From a virus (lineage: Duplodnaviria; Caudoviricetes), in the IMG/VR virus record IMGVR_UViG_3300028048_002144: a DNA stretch of 64,000 bases. The stretch is one strand, 5' to 3'. The translations under genes and the position numbers were made by a program. Numbering within the stretch: position 1 is the first letter of the stretch; each line of letters begins with the position of its first letter. Positions 41,045 to 51,063 of this stretch are shown one piece after another. A model generated the notes under the pieces. That model was given only the letters and a program-made list of their open reading frames with translations. It was not told where the DNA came from and made no database searches.

Positions 41045-41584
41045 TTATCCGAAAACTTCAATCATTCCTAAAATAACAGCAGCCATATATTTATATGTCT
41101 GTCTATGGTCTATATTAGGCCCTACCCAAGAATCCTGGATTAAATGTCCAGTGCCTTCTGAGTCAAAAATCATTCTCGGGCGATCATTAATTCCGTTATA
41201 AAATTTAACTGCATATCCACCGTTTTTAACCCATTCATCTAGGTTTTTCTTAAAATCATCTACTAATATGCAAAGATTAGATCCCATCTCAACATACTTA
41301 AATTTAGAATCACCATATGGCACAAAAGTAACTGGGATTTCTTTTAATCCGTTATTTTTTAACCACTGTTTCTTTTCATCTTCTGCATATCCATTCTGAT
41401 ATACTGATGTGAGAATTCTTACCTGGTATCCAGATTCTTTAAGATAAAAAATCAGTTTCTTTACAGTAGTTTCAATTTCTCTTTTTAAGAAATATCCTGG
41501 TGATGAAACCTCTTCTAGTGTTGCTTTTTCATTCCATTTGCAAAGTACACCATCCATATCAAAATAAATCGTAACATTCTTCAT
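41045..41584 (-). CDS. HAD 5'(3')-deoxyribonucleotidase-like protein
   Basis: FDMDGVL, ILTS, K..WL, ILVDD..KNL..W..GG. Confidence 0.8.
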   Translation of the reverse strand: MKNVTIYFDMDGVLCKWNEKATLEEVSSPGYFLKREIETTVKKLIFYLKESGYQVRILTSVYQNGYAEDEKKQWLKNNGLKEIPVTFVPYGDSKFKYVEMGSNLCILVDDFKKNLDEWVKNGGYAVKFYNGINDRPRMIFDSEGTGHLIQDSWVGPNIDHRQTYKYMAAVILGMIEVFG

Positions 41585-41713
41585 AAGTTCTCCTTTCTGT
41601 TTTCAAAATTCTGTTTATAATATGAATGATTTTTATTAAGGATTTTTTAGGAGTCCTGATTATCAAATTAGAGCAACAAAAAACACCCAGGAATAATTCC
41701 CAGGTGTTTTCAT

Positions 41714-43447
41714 TTAAACTTCGATATCCAACATTCTAATCTGAGTAGTAGTTTTACCATTAAAACTATTCTCTGATAAAGTGCCATAAATCGTAAATTT
41801 CTTTGGAGCTTTCAATGCTTTAAACTTCTCAAATACTTTGCCTTTAAAATCTACAGCTTCAATATCGTTAGATATCATTTTCACCATATTTTTGTTCTGT
41901 CCCATTATAAGATAATGCAATCCCTTAAACTTAGATTCAGCTTCAAAACCAGTAATCTTGAAGATAGGTTCACTATGTCCCTGTCCATATGGAGCAAATT
42001 CCTTTACTGATTCATAGGTATCTGCTACATCGTTAATGCTAATTTCGTAATCATATTCCTTATCAAGGTCTTTATCTGGTACATCTTCGATTACTGAACT
42101 CATACCTTTTTTGAATTCATCAAAATTTTTATCCAGAATAGAAACTCCAGCAGCTAAAGCGTGTCCACCATATTTTTCAATGAGTTTAACATTCTTATCC
42201 AAAGCATCCTTCAGATTTGAATTACCATAACCTCTTCCAGATCCTTTTAATAACTCTCCATATACAGGTACGTTATTATCGTCTACAAGAATATTGTTAT
42301 TTTCATCAGTCTGAATTGCAGGAGTGAATACAAAACAATCTGTTTTATACATCTCGCTTAACTGACCGGCAATAATTCCAGATAATCCTTCATAGATATT
42401 AGCGTCTCCTTCTTTAGGAACATATTTGACTATTAAAGGACTATCATTTTCCATATGCTCAGTTTCAATCATCTGAATCAATGCTTTTTTGATTTTTTCA
42501 GTTAAATCTTTTCTGGTATCGTTAAATTCAACGATATGTTCAGTTAATGGTCTGATTACTGAAAATTCATTATTATCTAGCGTTAGGTAATTTACCATTT
42601 CTTCGCCACCAGTATCTTTTAATCTACCAGGAGCATTAATAATAGGACCTAATGCAAAACCGATGTCTTTTTCATTAATCTGTTCTATTTTATTAATCTT
42701 ACGAAGCAAATCATACATAGCACTTGTTCTTCCAGAGTTCTGTAAAATAAGTTCTAACCCCTGCTTAACGATCAGATAATTGTCATACTGGAATTTATTG
42801 TTGTAGCATGTAATCAAATCAACGCTATCGCAAATAGTTCCAATCATAGCAAGGACTGTAATTTTATCCATTACAAAATCTGGTACAACACCAATTTCCT
42901 GTGCAAGCTTATATACAAGTCCAGCTCCACAATACATATTGAAGTCTGCACTATCTTCTATAGCTTCTGGATCAATAACAACATCTGCTGGTGGGATTAC
43001 ATCTGACATATGATGGTCTAATACCAATACATCATAGCCCTTTTCTTTAGCTTTAAGTATTGCATCAGTTGCAGCAATTCCATTATCAACCGTAATAAGC
43101 AATCCTCTCTCTACTTTTGGCATGAATTCTGAACCATCTTCCAATTTAGAATCAATGATTTTTTCTGATAAACCATATCCATTACTAAATCTTCGAGGAA
43201 TCCATTTTTTTACGTCCTTAAATTCTAATGCCGAGAGCAAAATAGTTAGCCCTGTTGTTGATGTAATTCCGTCTACGTCATAATCTCCTACTATTCTAAT
43301 AGGATCACATTTATGAGAATATAAAAGCAAAACACCATCTTCCATGCCTTTAACCTTATATTCTGTACTTTTTCTGTTATTATCTTTGAAAAGAAACGTT
43401 TCGTTCTCTTCAAAACTTGATAAAAACTTTTCTTTTTGTTTCCACAT
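41714..43447 (-). CDS. recJ: ssDNA exonuclease RecJ
   Basis: GDYDVDG, GYGL, TVDNG, DHH, INAPGRL, GSGR, GGH..AAG, APYGQG. Confidence 0.93.
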   Translation of the reverse strand: MWKQKEKFLSSFEENETFLFKDNNRKSTEYKVKGMEDGVLLLYSHKCDPIRIVGDYDVDGITSTTGLTILLSALEFKDVKKWIPRRFSNGYGLSEKIIDSKLEDGSEFMPKVERGLLITVDNGIAATDAILKAKEKGYDVLVLDHHMSDVIPPADVVIDPEAIEDSADFNMYCGAGLVYKLAQEIGVVPDFVMDKITVLAMIGTICDSVDLITCYNNKFQYDNYLIVKQGLELILQNSGRTSAMYDLLRKINKIEQINEKDIGFALGPIINAPGRLKDTGGEEMVNYLTLDNNEFSVIRPLTEHIVEFNDTRKDLTEKIKKALIQMIETEHMENDSPLIVKYVPKEGDANIYEGLSGIIAGQLSEMYKTDCFVFTPAIQTDENNNILVDDNNVPVYGELLKGSGRGYGNSNLKDALDKNVKLIEKYGGHALAAGVSILDKNFDEFKKGMSSVIEDVPDKDLDKEYDYEISINDVADTYESVKEFAPYGQGHSEPIFKITGFEAESKFKGLHYLIMGQNKNMVKMISNDIEAVDFKGKVFEKFKALKAPKKFTIYGTLSENSFNGKTTTQIRMLDIEV

Positions 43448-43567
43448 TGTTTTTCTACCACCTTTCTGACTTTAAAATTTCAATATTAATATGAATTATT
43501 TTTGCAATAAAAATTCCTGCTACAACATATGTCATAGCAGGATATGTTATATTATAGAATAATTCTT

Positions 43568-44806
43568 TTATCGCTCAAGTTCTTCTACAACCTTATGAGG
43601 TTTTTCATGATGTTTTTCATCATTATCTATATCTTTCTGACTTACTGGGCCCGTCAAAGGATCATCATCTATATATCCATAGAAATCATTAAAATCATTT
43701 CTTTCTTTTGTTATTCTTCTCTCCAGATTTTCTTTTTCTAATTCTTGCTCTATTTTAAATTTATCTAATGGTTGAGACTCTATTAAATATTTAATATTAA
43801 GTTCTTGTTCAATCTCTTCCCTTGATTTTAATTTAGATGGAATAGACAAAAAAGTTACTAATTGGTATGAAGGAAATTTATCTTCTTTTGTTTCCTTTGT
43901 TTCTTCATACACATTATCTTTTTCTTTACCTTTAAACATTTTGTTTAGTTTAGATAAAAAACTTTCCTTTTTATGTTCTTCTTTTTTCTGTTCTTTTTTA
44001 ATATCTTCGTATATATCTTTTTGTGCATTTTCGTCTTCAGTTTCATTTTCAGAACCATTATTTTCATCTTTTGAATTTAAACTACTACTATCATCATATA
44101 AATCATCAAATAAATCTATATCTTTTGTATCGTTTTCTTTATCACTTTCTTCGTCAGCTTTTGTGTTATGCGCAAAAAAATTACTTCCGAAAATATCTGA
44201 TAAATCATTAGAAAAAGGTTTTTTATCTACAACAGAGTTTTTTATTTCTCTGGCATTATCAAAATCATCGAAGTCATCGAAATCATCAAAGTTGTTAATA
44301 TCGTTATTATCTTCATTATTTTTATCTTGTATAGGTTTTTCAAAATCATTTTCTGTATCAGAAAAATCATCTATATCGTCATTTTCGTCTTTTTGATCTT
44401 CCTGGGAAGCTGTCATTAAATCATCTCTAAAGACTTCTTCTTCATCGTATTCGATCTTGTGTTCCTCAATATCTTTTTTATATTCAGTAATAGTTTTATT
44501 AACTTCTCGTTCACCGTCTTCATCTTCTGTAAATTTGAACGTAATTTTACCATCTTCATCTTCAAACTCTGCGGATTCAAAATCCAACCCAGTTTCTATA
44601 TCATATGGAATATCATCTATAAGCTCCTTAAATGCCTCAAATTCCGTTTCGTAATCTTCATCGCCCAGTAATTCCACTTCGCCTTCTAAATTCGTTTCTG
44701 AGGCTTCTAGCGCTTCTGTTTTAATAAGTTTATTTCCTTTTTTACCCGTTGCTTTTATATATGGGGCTAATTCATAATTTTCTTTTACTATAGCTTTTAA
44801 ATACAT
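43568..44806 (-). CDS. highly acidic low-complexity protein
   Basis: D/E-rich with FDD repeats. Confidence 0.65.
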   Translation of the reverse strand: MYLKAIVKENYELAPYIKATGKKGNKLIKTEALEASETNLEGEVELLGDEDYETEFEAFKELIDDIPYDIETGLDFESAEFEDEDGKITFKFTEDEDGEREVNKTITEYKKDIEEHKIEYDEEEVFRDDLMTASQEDQKDENDDIDDFSDTENDFEKPIQDKNNEDNNDINNFDDFDDFDDFDNAREIKNSVVDKKPFSNDLSDIFGSNFFAHNTKADEESDKENDTKDIDLFDDLYDDSSSLNSKDENNGSENETEDENAQKDIYEDIKKEQKKEEHKKESFLSKLNKMFKGKEKDNVYEETKETKEDKFPSYQLVTFLSIPSKLKSREEIEQELNIKYLIESQPLDKFKIEQELEKENLERRITKERNDFNDFYGYIDDDPLTGPVSQKDIDNDEKHHEKPHKVVEELER

Positions 44807-44867
44807 ACATTTGCCTTTCTAAAAAAGCACCCAAAGCAAATATGCTTCGGATGCTCATTACTTTAGT

Positions 44868-45140
44868 TTAGCCTAAACCGAAAGTTGCTTTAGCCTGGCC
44901 TATTACACTTTCATTTCTCTTATTTGCTACAATCATAGCTGTATCTGGGTGTCCGCAGCCATATCTATATCTCAAGATAATTCCACCACTTTCCGTTCCA
45001 GTTTCGTCAGCTCCGAGTTCATTCCAGGTTACTTTTACTTTCTCGTTTCCGCATTCAGGACAAACAACCTTTTTAAATCTCTGGCCCTGTCCTTCTTTAA
45101 AACTATTTTCGATATCTATTCGAACATCTTCATTTAGCAT
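44868..45140 (-). CDS. zinc-ribbon hypothetical protein
   Basis: CPECG..CGH. Confidence 0.55.
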   Translation of the reverse strand: MLNEDVRIDIENSFKEGQGQRFKKVVCPECGNEKVKVTWNELGADETGTESGGIILRYRYGCGHPDTAMIVANKRNESVIGQAKATFGLG

Positions 45141-45222
45141 AATATTCCTCTTTTCTGTAATTATATTTTTGTTTCTAGTGAATTATTAAATTACTCACTA
45201 AAAAGAATATGACAGAAGAATA

Positions 45223-46284
45223 TTACCAAGTTTTATTCACTTCTTTGATACAAGCAGCATATAATTGTTGAATAGAAAATAAGGTTAATCCTTTCGCTTC
45301 ATCACACATTTCATTAAATCCACTAAAGTTATATTTAAGCAAATCTGCATTCTTATACATTATCTTTATCATATCAATTTCTTCTTGCGTTAATTCTTCA
45401 TTCACATCTTTAGCAGATAAGAGTTCATATAAATTCTCAATATAACTTAATTTATCTTTTATAAGTCCTTTTGTTGTGTTAGATAAAATATGATCTATAT
45501 TAATTGAATTATTAAAATCTTCAACAAAATATGTAGGGACCTTTTTATCGCCTAAATACTTATTTATGCTCTTTACGAAAATGTCTTTTATGATTACTGC
45601 TAAATTATATTCAATCATCGTTAATACTACGAAATCTTCGTCTTTTATCTTCTCATATTCACTTTCGCTTAAAAGCATCTTTAAATATCTTTTAGCTTCT
45701 ACATCTGGATACATAGAAGTTTTATCTTCATTGTATCTAAATCTATTCTCAAAATATATAAATGATAAAGGAATAGATTTTATCTTTCTTTTACCTAAAG
45801 CATAATCTGAAAATACATTCTTACACATATCCAGCTGCTCAGCATCTAAAGTTTTATTGTTTCTCATCTTACCTTTATTATAGAGGATTTGTGTTAAATA
45901 ATATCTTATACTTTGGTTTTTTGAAGAGTCCTTCTTTTTATTTATTTCCTTATATCCGAAATTTTCGATCTTCTCAACCGTAAAATGATATGGTAAATCT
46001 AATTTGTCTAATTCCCTTTTCAGTCCTTTTAGTATAAAATCATATAAATCATTACATACTATATCTATTTTCTCTGTTGAGATTATCAGATTAGGGATAA
46101 AGTAATTTAATGCGTATTGTTTTTGCGTCTTTTGATTTGACTTCAGCATTAGTAAATAATAAGCAGGGATATCTAATAGATTATTCCCTCTTGCTAAACT
46201 ATATACTGCGTTTTCATATATTTGTATTTGATCTTCAAATTTAAGTGCTTTTTGTACACTAATTTTTAAATTATGAGCTTGCAT
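45223..46284 (-). CDS. hypothetical protein
   Basis: 353-aa ORF with GAGG RBS. Confidence 0.65.
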   Translation of the reverse strand: MQAHNLKISVQKALKFEDQIQIYENAVYSLARGNNLLDIPAYYLLMLKSNQKTQKQYALNYFIPNLIISTEKIDIVCNDLYDFILKGLKRELDKLDLPYHFTVEKIENFGYKEINKKKDSSKNQSIRYYLTQILYNKGKMRNNKTLDAEQLDMCKNVFSDYALGKRKIKSIPLSFIYFENRFRYNEDKTSMYPDVEAKRYLKMLLSESEYEKIKDEDFVVLTMIEYNLAVIIKDIFVKSINKYLGDKKVPTYFVEDFNNSINIDHILSNTTKGLIKDKLSYIENLYELLSAKDVNEELTQEEIDMIKIMYKNADLLKYNFSGFNEMCDEAKGLTLFSIQQLYAACIKEVNKTW

Positions 46285-46305
46285 AGAAAACCTCTTTCTT
46301 TTTTT

Positions 46306-46354
46306 GTAAAAAAATCGTTCATATTTTAAATAGTTAGATATTGAAAGAAAGGAG
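46306..46354 (+). promoter_or_regulatory. plus-strand copy of the promoter module
   Basis: AAAAAAATCGTTCATATTTTAAATAG..AAAGGAG before the plus-strand ORF. Confidence 0.7.
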
Positions 46355-46363
46355 TTGATTAAT

Positions 46364-46690
46364 ATGTTTTTTACACATAGTCAATCCAAAAATTCTTTCG
46401 GGTTCGTGTTTACAGCTTTCAAATTGTCTGTTAAGTTAACTGTATTTATCTGGATATTTGCACAGTGTTTAAAGATTAAACCTATGCTTGCCCAGGAACT
46501 AAATAACGGTTTTAATTTTACTCAGACACAGAATCCAGCAGTTGTAACAATGAACACCGAAACCCCGAACTCTTTCAATATATTTAATGGTTTAAGTAAT
46601 ATTAAAAAGGACTACGATAGCCTTTTTGATACTTGGGAAGAAACAAAAATAATTCTTTCTAACCCAGATTACTTAAATACAATGAATTAA
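46364..46690 (+). CDS. membrane-anchored hypothetical protein
   Basis: Promoter module and RBS upstream; shared terminator downstream. Confidence 0.6.
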   Translation: MFFTHSQSKNSFGFVFTAFKLSVKLTVFIWIFAQCLKIKPMLAQELNNGFNFTQTQNPAVVTMNTETPNSFNIFNGLSNIKKDYDSLFDTWEETKIILSNPDYLNTMN

Positions 46691-46736
46691 GTTAGAGTAA
46701 AAAACGGTAGTCTTATAATTTGGCTACCGTTTTCTT

Positions 46737-47537
46737 TTATTGATTTTCACTTTCGTTTATCATCTGTTCTAATTCTTTCATCATATTTTGCTCTTCTTCA
46801 GTTGAATTCGTATCAGACGTATTTTCTTCAGCATGTTCTTGAACATAGTTTTGCATTTCTACTTGTTTTTGATTATCATTCATCTTTACGATGAAATTTA
46901 ACAGCTCTGAGCCATTATCTTCATTTATCGTGTAATAACAAATATCTGTTTTATTATCGAATTCTTTTATATACAAAACAGTATGATCAGATGTATCTAC
47001 TATTTCATATAATCCATTCTCCATCTTTTTAATATCTGGATTATTTTTATTAAGTGTTGGCATAATGTAGAACACATTTGTTTCGTCTTTTACATATACG
47101 TAATTCTTATCAAAGTTCTTTTCTTTAATAAGATCCTTTATCTTTAGTTTCTCAAAAGATAGATTTTCTGCCGGAATATTCTTTTCTTTTGCATACTCTA
47201 CAAAAGTCTTATATCCTAAATCCTTACCAGTTTTAAGATATATACTTTTGACTTCATCTGGTATGTCGTTCATATAATCTAGTGATTTGTCTTCTGGTTT
47301 TTCTTTACCTATTGCCATTGATACAGCATCCTGTAATGTAGGTTTCTTCTTTGTTTCAAATTTCTGTTTGAATGCAAACATACCCATTTCAATTGATACA
47401 CATAATATTGTTATAACAATTGTAACTATTACAATCGTTCCTATCAGTGAACGAGTTCCTGCCTTATCCGAGTCTTCTCCATTACTACGTCTTTCCTGTA
47501 TTAACTGATTTGCGTTTATCTTTTTATTTTTAAACAT
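46737..47537 (-). CDS. single-TM hypothetical protein
   Basis: N-terminal TM segment. Confidence 0.65.
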   Translation of the reverse strand: MFKNKKINANQLIQERRSNGEDSDKAGTRSLIGTIVIVTIVITILCVSIEMGMFAFKQKFETKKKPTLQDAVSMAIGKEKPEDKSLDYMNDIPDEVKSIYLKTGKDLGYKTFVEYAKEKNIPAENLSFEKLKIKDLIKEKNFDKNYVYVKDETNVFYIMPTLNKNNPDIKKMENGLYEIVDTSDHTVLYIKEFDNKTDICYYTINEDNGSELLNFIVKMNDNQKQVEMQNYVQEHAEENTSDTNSTEEEQNMMKELEQMINESENQ

Positions 47538-47648
47538 ATTTCCACCTTTTTAAAAATCTCTTTTATCTAAATATGACAGAACTGGCTAACGACATAAAAA
47601 AAACACCCCTTATATTAATAAGGAGTGTTTTTCAATCTTTTACTGTTT

Positions 47649-48137
47649 TTAGAAAACGATTACCTTTCTTTTATCAGCTTTAAGATTGTTGATTTCTGGT
47701 TCTCTATCGGAAATCACATCAGCAATTTCATCAATAGCTTTGAACTCATCAATTACTTCTTCAACAAATGCAGCAATTTCTTCTGCAGTCTCTTCAATAT
47801 CGTCAGTTGGATCAGATACATAAACATCAAGTGGTAATTCTGCTTTAGCCATCATTTTCTTTACAAAGAAGAACTTATTAACAAGTCTCTTACAAGTCTT
47901 GGCATAATTTCTTTCAATGTATTCTGGTTTATAAGCCAACTTCTGGTTGTAGAAATAGAAGATTGTCTCACACTTCTTGTAGTCATAATAGCAATCAAGA
48001 AGTTCAATAATGTTCTCAAGCGGATATGTAAACTTGTTGTTTCTTGGATTTGTATATCCGTTCTCTTCCTCTGATGCGATATAAAGTGCTACATTTTCGT
48101 TGCTCTTGTTTTTGAAGTCATAATAGTTGTTGTACAT
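47649..48137 (-). CDS. hypothetical protein
   Basis: Follows the structured leader. Confidence 0.65.
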   Translation of the reverse strand: MYNNYYDFKNKSNENVALYIASEEENGYTNPRNNKFTYPLENIIELLDCYYDYKKCETIFYFYNQKLAYKPEYIERNYAKTCKRLVNKFFFVKKMMAKAELPLDVYVSDPTDDIEETAEEIAAFVEEVIDEFKAIDEIADVISDREPEINNLKADKRKVIVF

Positions 48138-48246
48138 TTTATTCTCCCTTCTCTCTGCCTCATTTCGCAGAAAACAAAAAGTCAGGAGTTGTACTTACTC
48201 CTGACTTTCATTAAATACTTTACAATATTTATATGACAGATTTTTT
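48138..48246 (-). promoter_or_regulatory. two-hairpin leader with internal terminator (copy 2)
   Basis: TGAAAGTCAGGAG..CTCCTGACTTTTTGTTTTCTGCGAAA..GGCAGA. Confidence 0.6.
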
Positions 48247-48268
48247 ATTATTTTTCTTACGTTTTATT

Positions 48269-48814
48269 TTACTTCATTTCATAGCCTTCTTTTATAGTAA
48301 TAGTAGAGAAACTTTCAATAGTTGAAAGCTTTTTCTTTAGTTCGTCAATTGTCTTGCCATGATATCCGATAAGAATGCCTGGATTAGATGAAACTAATAA
48401 TATATCTACCTTATTAGACTCATCCTTAGAAAGTACACACTGAATATTAGCGTATTTCTGAAGGTTGTTTTTATGAACCCATTCCTGTATTTCATATAAA
48501 ATTTTATTGATTCCATTTATTTCATATAAATTTTTGTTATTCGTATGGTCGTTATGAGGTACATCAGCTTTTCTTTCGCTCTTTGTCATATTATTGCATA
48601 CAGTATCAATCATCTTCTGCTGCGTTTGAACGATTTCAAAAAGTTTATCAATGCAGTCATACATAATCTCACGTTCATTATAACGATGATGCCAGCTGCT
48701 CGAACCATGACTATGATCAGTATTTCGGACATCACTTAATCGCCAGTCGATTGATTCGATACACTTTGCAACACTCTCTTTCATGTTTTTAATATAAGCT
48801 TTGTCTATTGCCAT
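48269..48814 (-). CDS. protein with C-terminal KH domain
   Basis: SSNPGILIGYHGKTIDELKKKL (GxxG, type II KH-like). Confidence 0.6.
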   Translation of the reverse strand: MAIDKAYIKNMKESVAKCIESIDWRLSDVRNTDHSHGSSSWHHRYNEREIMYDCIDKLFEIVQTQQKMIDTVCNNMTKSERKADVPHNDHTNNKNLYEINGINKILYEIQEWVHKNNLQKYANIQCVLSKDESNKVDILLVSSNPGILIGYHGKTIDELKKKLSTIESFSTITIKEGYEMK

Positions 48815-48938
48815 TATTTTTTCTCCTTTCAAACTTTAAAATTCTAGTATTAATATGAATGATTTTTATAATAAAAAAAATACCCAGGAGCTATGCTCTA
48901 AGATATTTTTCTTATTGTCTTATTAATCACCCTTAAAT

Positions 48939-49235
48939 TTACTTATGCATTGCCTTTTTCTTCTCTGCAATAATCTCTTCTACACATTTTCTAGCAATTC
49001 CTAAATGTATTAGATACTGACCAGCATTAGGATCATTATCTTTATTGATTCGATATTTCTGTTCATGCTGTTCTATTACTCTTTTAGTTTTCTCCAGACT
49101 GTCAATTGGTATTCCAAAAGCTGTACAGTCTAAAGAGCCTGTATTAGAAATTATATTTTCACTCTTAATCTGGAGAGATTTATCACCCTTAAATGCATCT
49201 GATAATGCTCCAATAAGTTCTGCTCTATTATCCAT
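48939..49235 (-). CDS. hypothetical protein
   Basis: Operon gene. Confidence 0.6.
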   Translation of the reverse strand: MDNRAELIGALSDAFKGDKSLQIKSENIISNTGSLDCTAFGIPIDSLEKTKRVIEQHEQKYRINKDNDPNAGQYLIHLGIARKCVEEIIAEKKKAMHK

Positions 49236-49237
49236 TC

Positions 49238-49828
49238 TTATTCCTCATTTTCTAAAAAGTTGACATTTAAACTTAATAATTCACCAATAAAAAGTTTTTG
49301 TATATAATCTTTATCCCTTTTAATAGGATAATTTATATTGAAAAAATCATCAGAAAGGTTTTCTAACATTTCTACAACATCATCTTCTGAATTAATATCG
49401 GGATTAATATCAGGTACAGAGAGTCCTAAAAAATGCAAATTAGGTTCTGGACCAGCTGCTAGTGATACATAAACTTCATACATATCGGCATCTAAAACTC
49501 GACAGACAATTCTAAGTCCATATTTTAAAACACCTCGTACATATGGTTCCCAGTATTCAGCTTTACCTTTAGAATAAAAATGAAGATCATTACTAAAATC
49601 TTTAAGTAATGGAAATTGTTCTAGTGGATATACTCGAACATACTCTTTTACTGTTTTTACTGCAGCTTTATTTTCTGCTACAGTAATACATTCTTTTAAA
49701 TAATTTAATTCATCTTTAGTGAAGTTTATATTAGTATTATCTTCTTGAATTGCCTGTGTTATATGATTTAACATATATCTACTAGGGTGTGCTTTTGATA
49801 TTACTTTTACCATTTTCATCCTCCTCAT
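49238..49828 (-). CDS. hypothetical protein
   Basis: Operon gene. Confidence 0.6.
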   Translation of the reverse strand: MRRMKMVKVISKAHPSRYMLNHITQAIQEDNTNINFTKDELNYLKECITVAENKAAVKTVKEYVRVYPLEQFPLLKDFSNDLHFYSKGKAEYWEPYVRGVLKYGLRIVCRVLDADMYEVYVSLAAGPEPNLHFLGLSVPDINPDINSEDDVVEMLENLSDDFFNINYPIKRDKDYIQKLFIGELLSLNVNFLENEE

Positions 49829-50264
49829 CTAATCTTTTCTTTTCACTTTCTTTCATCATTTTTTCCAATTTAGGTGTTAATGGTGTTTTAATTATTTCCA
49901 AAGCATTATTTTTTAGAGCTTCTCTATAATCATCTCCATCATATAAGACTAAGATGCATAGTTCATAACTATAAGGCAGCACATCTTTTACTAACTTTTC
50001 TAATTCATCTGAATGTTCTTTTATAAATTTAGAACGTTTATTTAGTAAATATTTGCTAATTAACATAGGACCAAATATCACAACATAGAAACCCCAAGAA
50101 TAAAGTAAAATGCACGATATTGTTGGATTTATACTTTGCCCAATTGGTGTGTCATATATAAATTTTATAAGTCCCCAAAATAATAGGATATTACACAAAT
50201 ACATTAAGAAAAATGTGCAAATATCTTTGTTATGTTGTTTTATAACAAATTTCGTATTCATCAT
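49782..50264 (-). CDS. membrane protein
   Basis: Two TM segments. Confidence 0.6.
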   Translation of the reverse strand: MMNTKFVIKQHNKDICTFFLMYLCNILLFWGLIKFIYDTPIGQSINPTISCILLYSWGFYVVIFGPMLISKYLLNKRSKFIKEHSDELEKLVKDVLPYSYELCILVLYDGDDYREALKNNALEIIKTPLTPKLEKMMKESEKKRLDEEDENGKSNIKSTP

Positions 50265-50274
50265 ATTTATCCTC

Positions 50275-50571
50275 TTATTCTTTTAAAAACTTTCGATAAA
50301 TGTTATCAATTTCTTCTTTTGTGGTTGTAATATTTCTATCTTTCCCTTTATTGATTATGTCTTCATAATCTCCTGGGATTAACTTATAATCACAAAACCT
50401 AGATGAATGTATGGACCACAAAGAATACAATTCTTTTTGCACAAAATTTATCTTTTTATACAGTTTTGCTCTCGGAACCTCTACAAAAATTATGAAATAT
50501 ATAAATCCTGCTATTGCTGTTGTTATAGCAATTGTCGATACTATGTAAAAAATGGTATATATCGTATTCAT
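50275..50571 (-). CDS. single-TM hypothetical protein
   Basis: Tail paralogous to that of 51064..51834. Confidence 0.6.
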   Translation of the reverse strand: MNTIYTIFYIVSTIAITTAIAGFIYFIIFVEVPRAKLYKKINFVQKELYSLWSIHSSRFCDYKLIPGDYEDIINKGKDRNITTTKEEIDNIYRKFLKE

Positions 50572-50591
50572 ACAAAGCCTCCCTTTATTAC

Positions 50592-51047
50592 TTATTCGTG
50601 GATCTCGTTCTCTGACTTCTCAAACTTTACTTTTAGTCTTTCGTATTCGGCACGTTCTTTCGCTTCTTCTTCTAATTTCTTCTGCTTTTCTTTAGTTTCT
50701 CTCTCGGCAGCTTCTAGTTCTTTTTCCTGCTGACGAAGTTTATAATATTCATGTCGTGCTTCTTCCTGATCTAATAAAAGCCATTCTGATTTAATATCTT
50801 CGCATTCAGAATAAGTATCTCCATTAGCTCCAGAAGTTCCACTAACAGACAAATCGCAGCCTAGCTTATATGAGTTTTGATGATATATATGATGCTCTTT
50901 TAAAATATCAATTTCGTTTATATCTTCTACTTCACGCAAAATATCTGATAGTCTATCTTTGATAGCCTCATACTTTTCAACTATTTCTTTTATTTCTTCT
51001 GTTGTAGTTATATCTTTATAACCTATTACCTTAATTGGGTTTAGCAT
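50592..51047 (-). CDS. coiled-coil hypothetical protein
   Basis: ERAEYERLKVKF tail. Confidence 0.6.
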   Translation of the reverse strand: MLNPIKVIGYKDITTTEEIKEIVEKYEAIKDRLSDILREVEDINEIDILKEHHIYHQNSYKLGCDLSVSGTSGANGDTYSECEDIKSEWLLLDQEEARHEYYKLRQQEKELEAAERETKEKQKKLEEEAKERAEYERLKVKFEKSENEIHE

Positions 51048-51063
51048 TGTTTTCTCCTCATCA

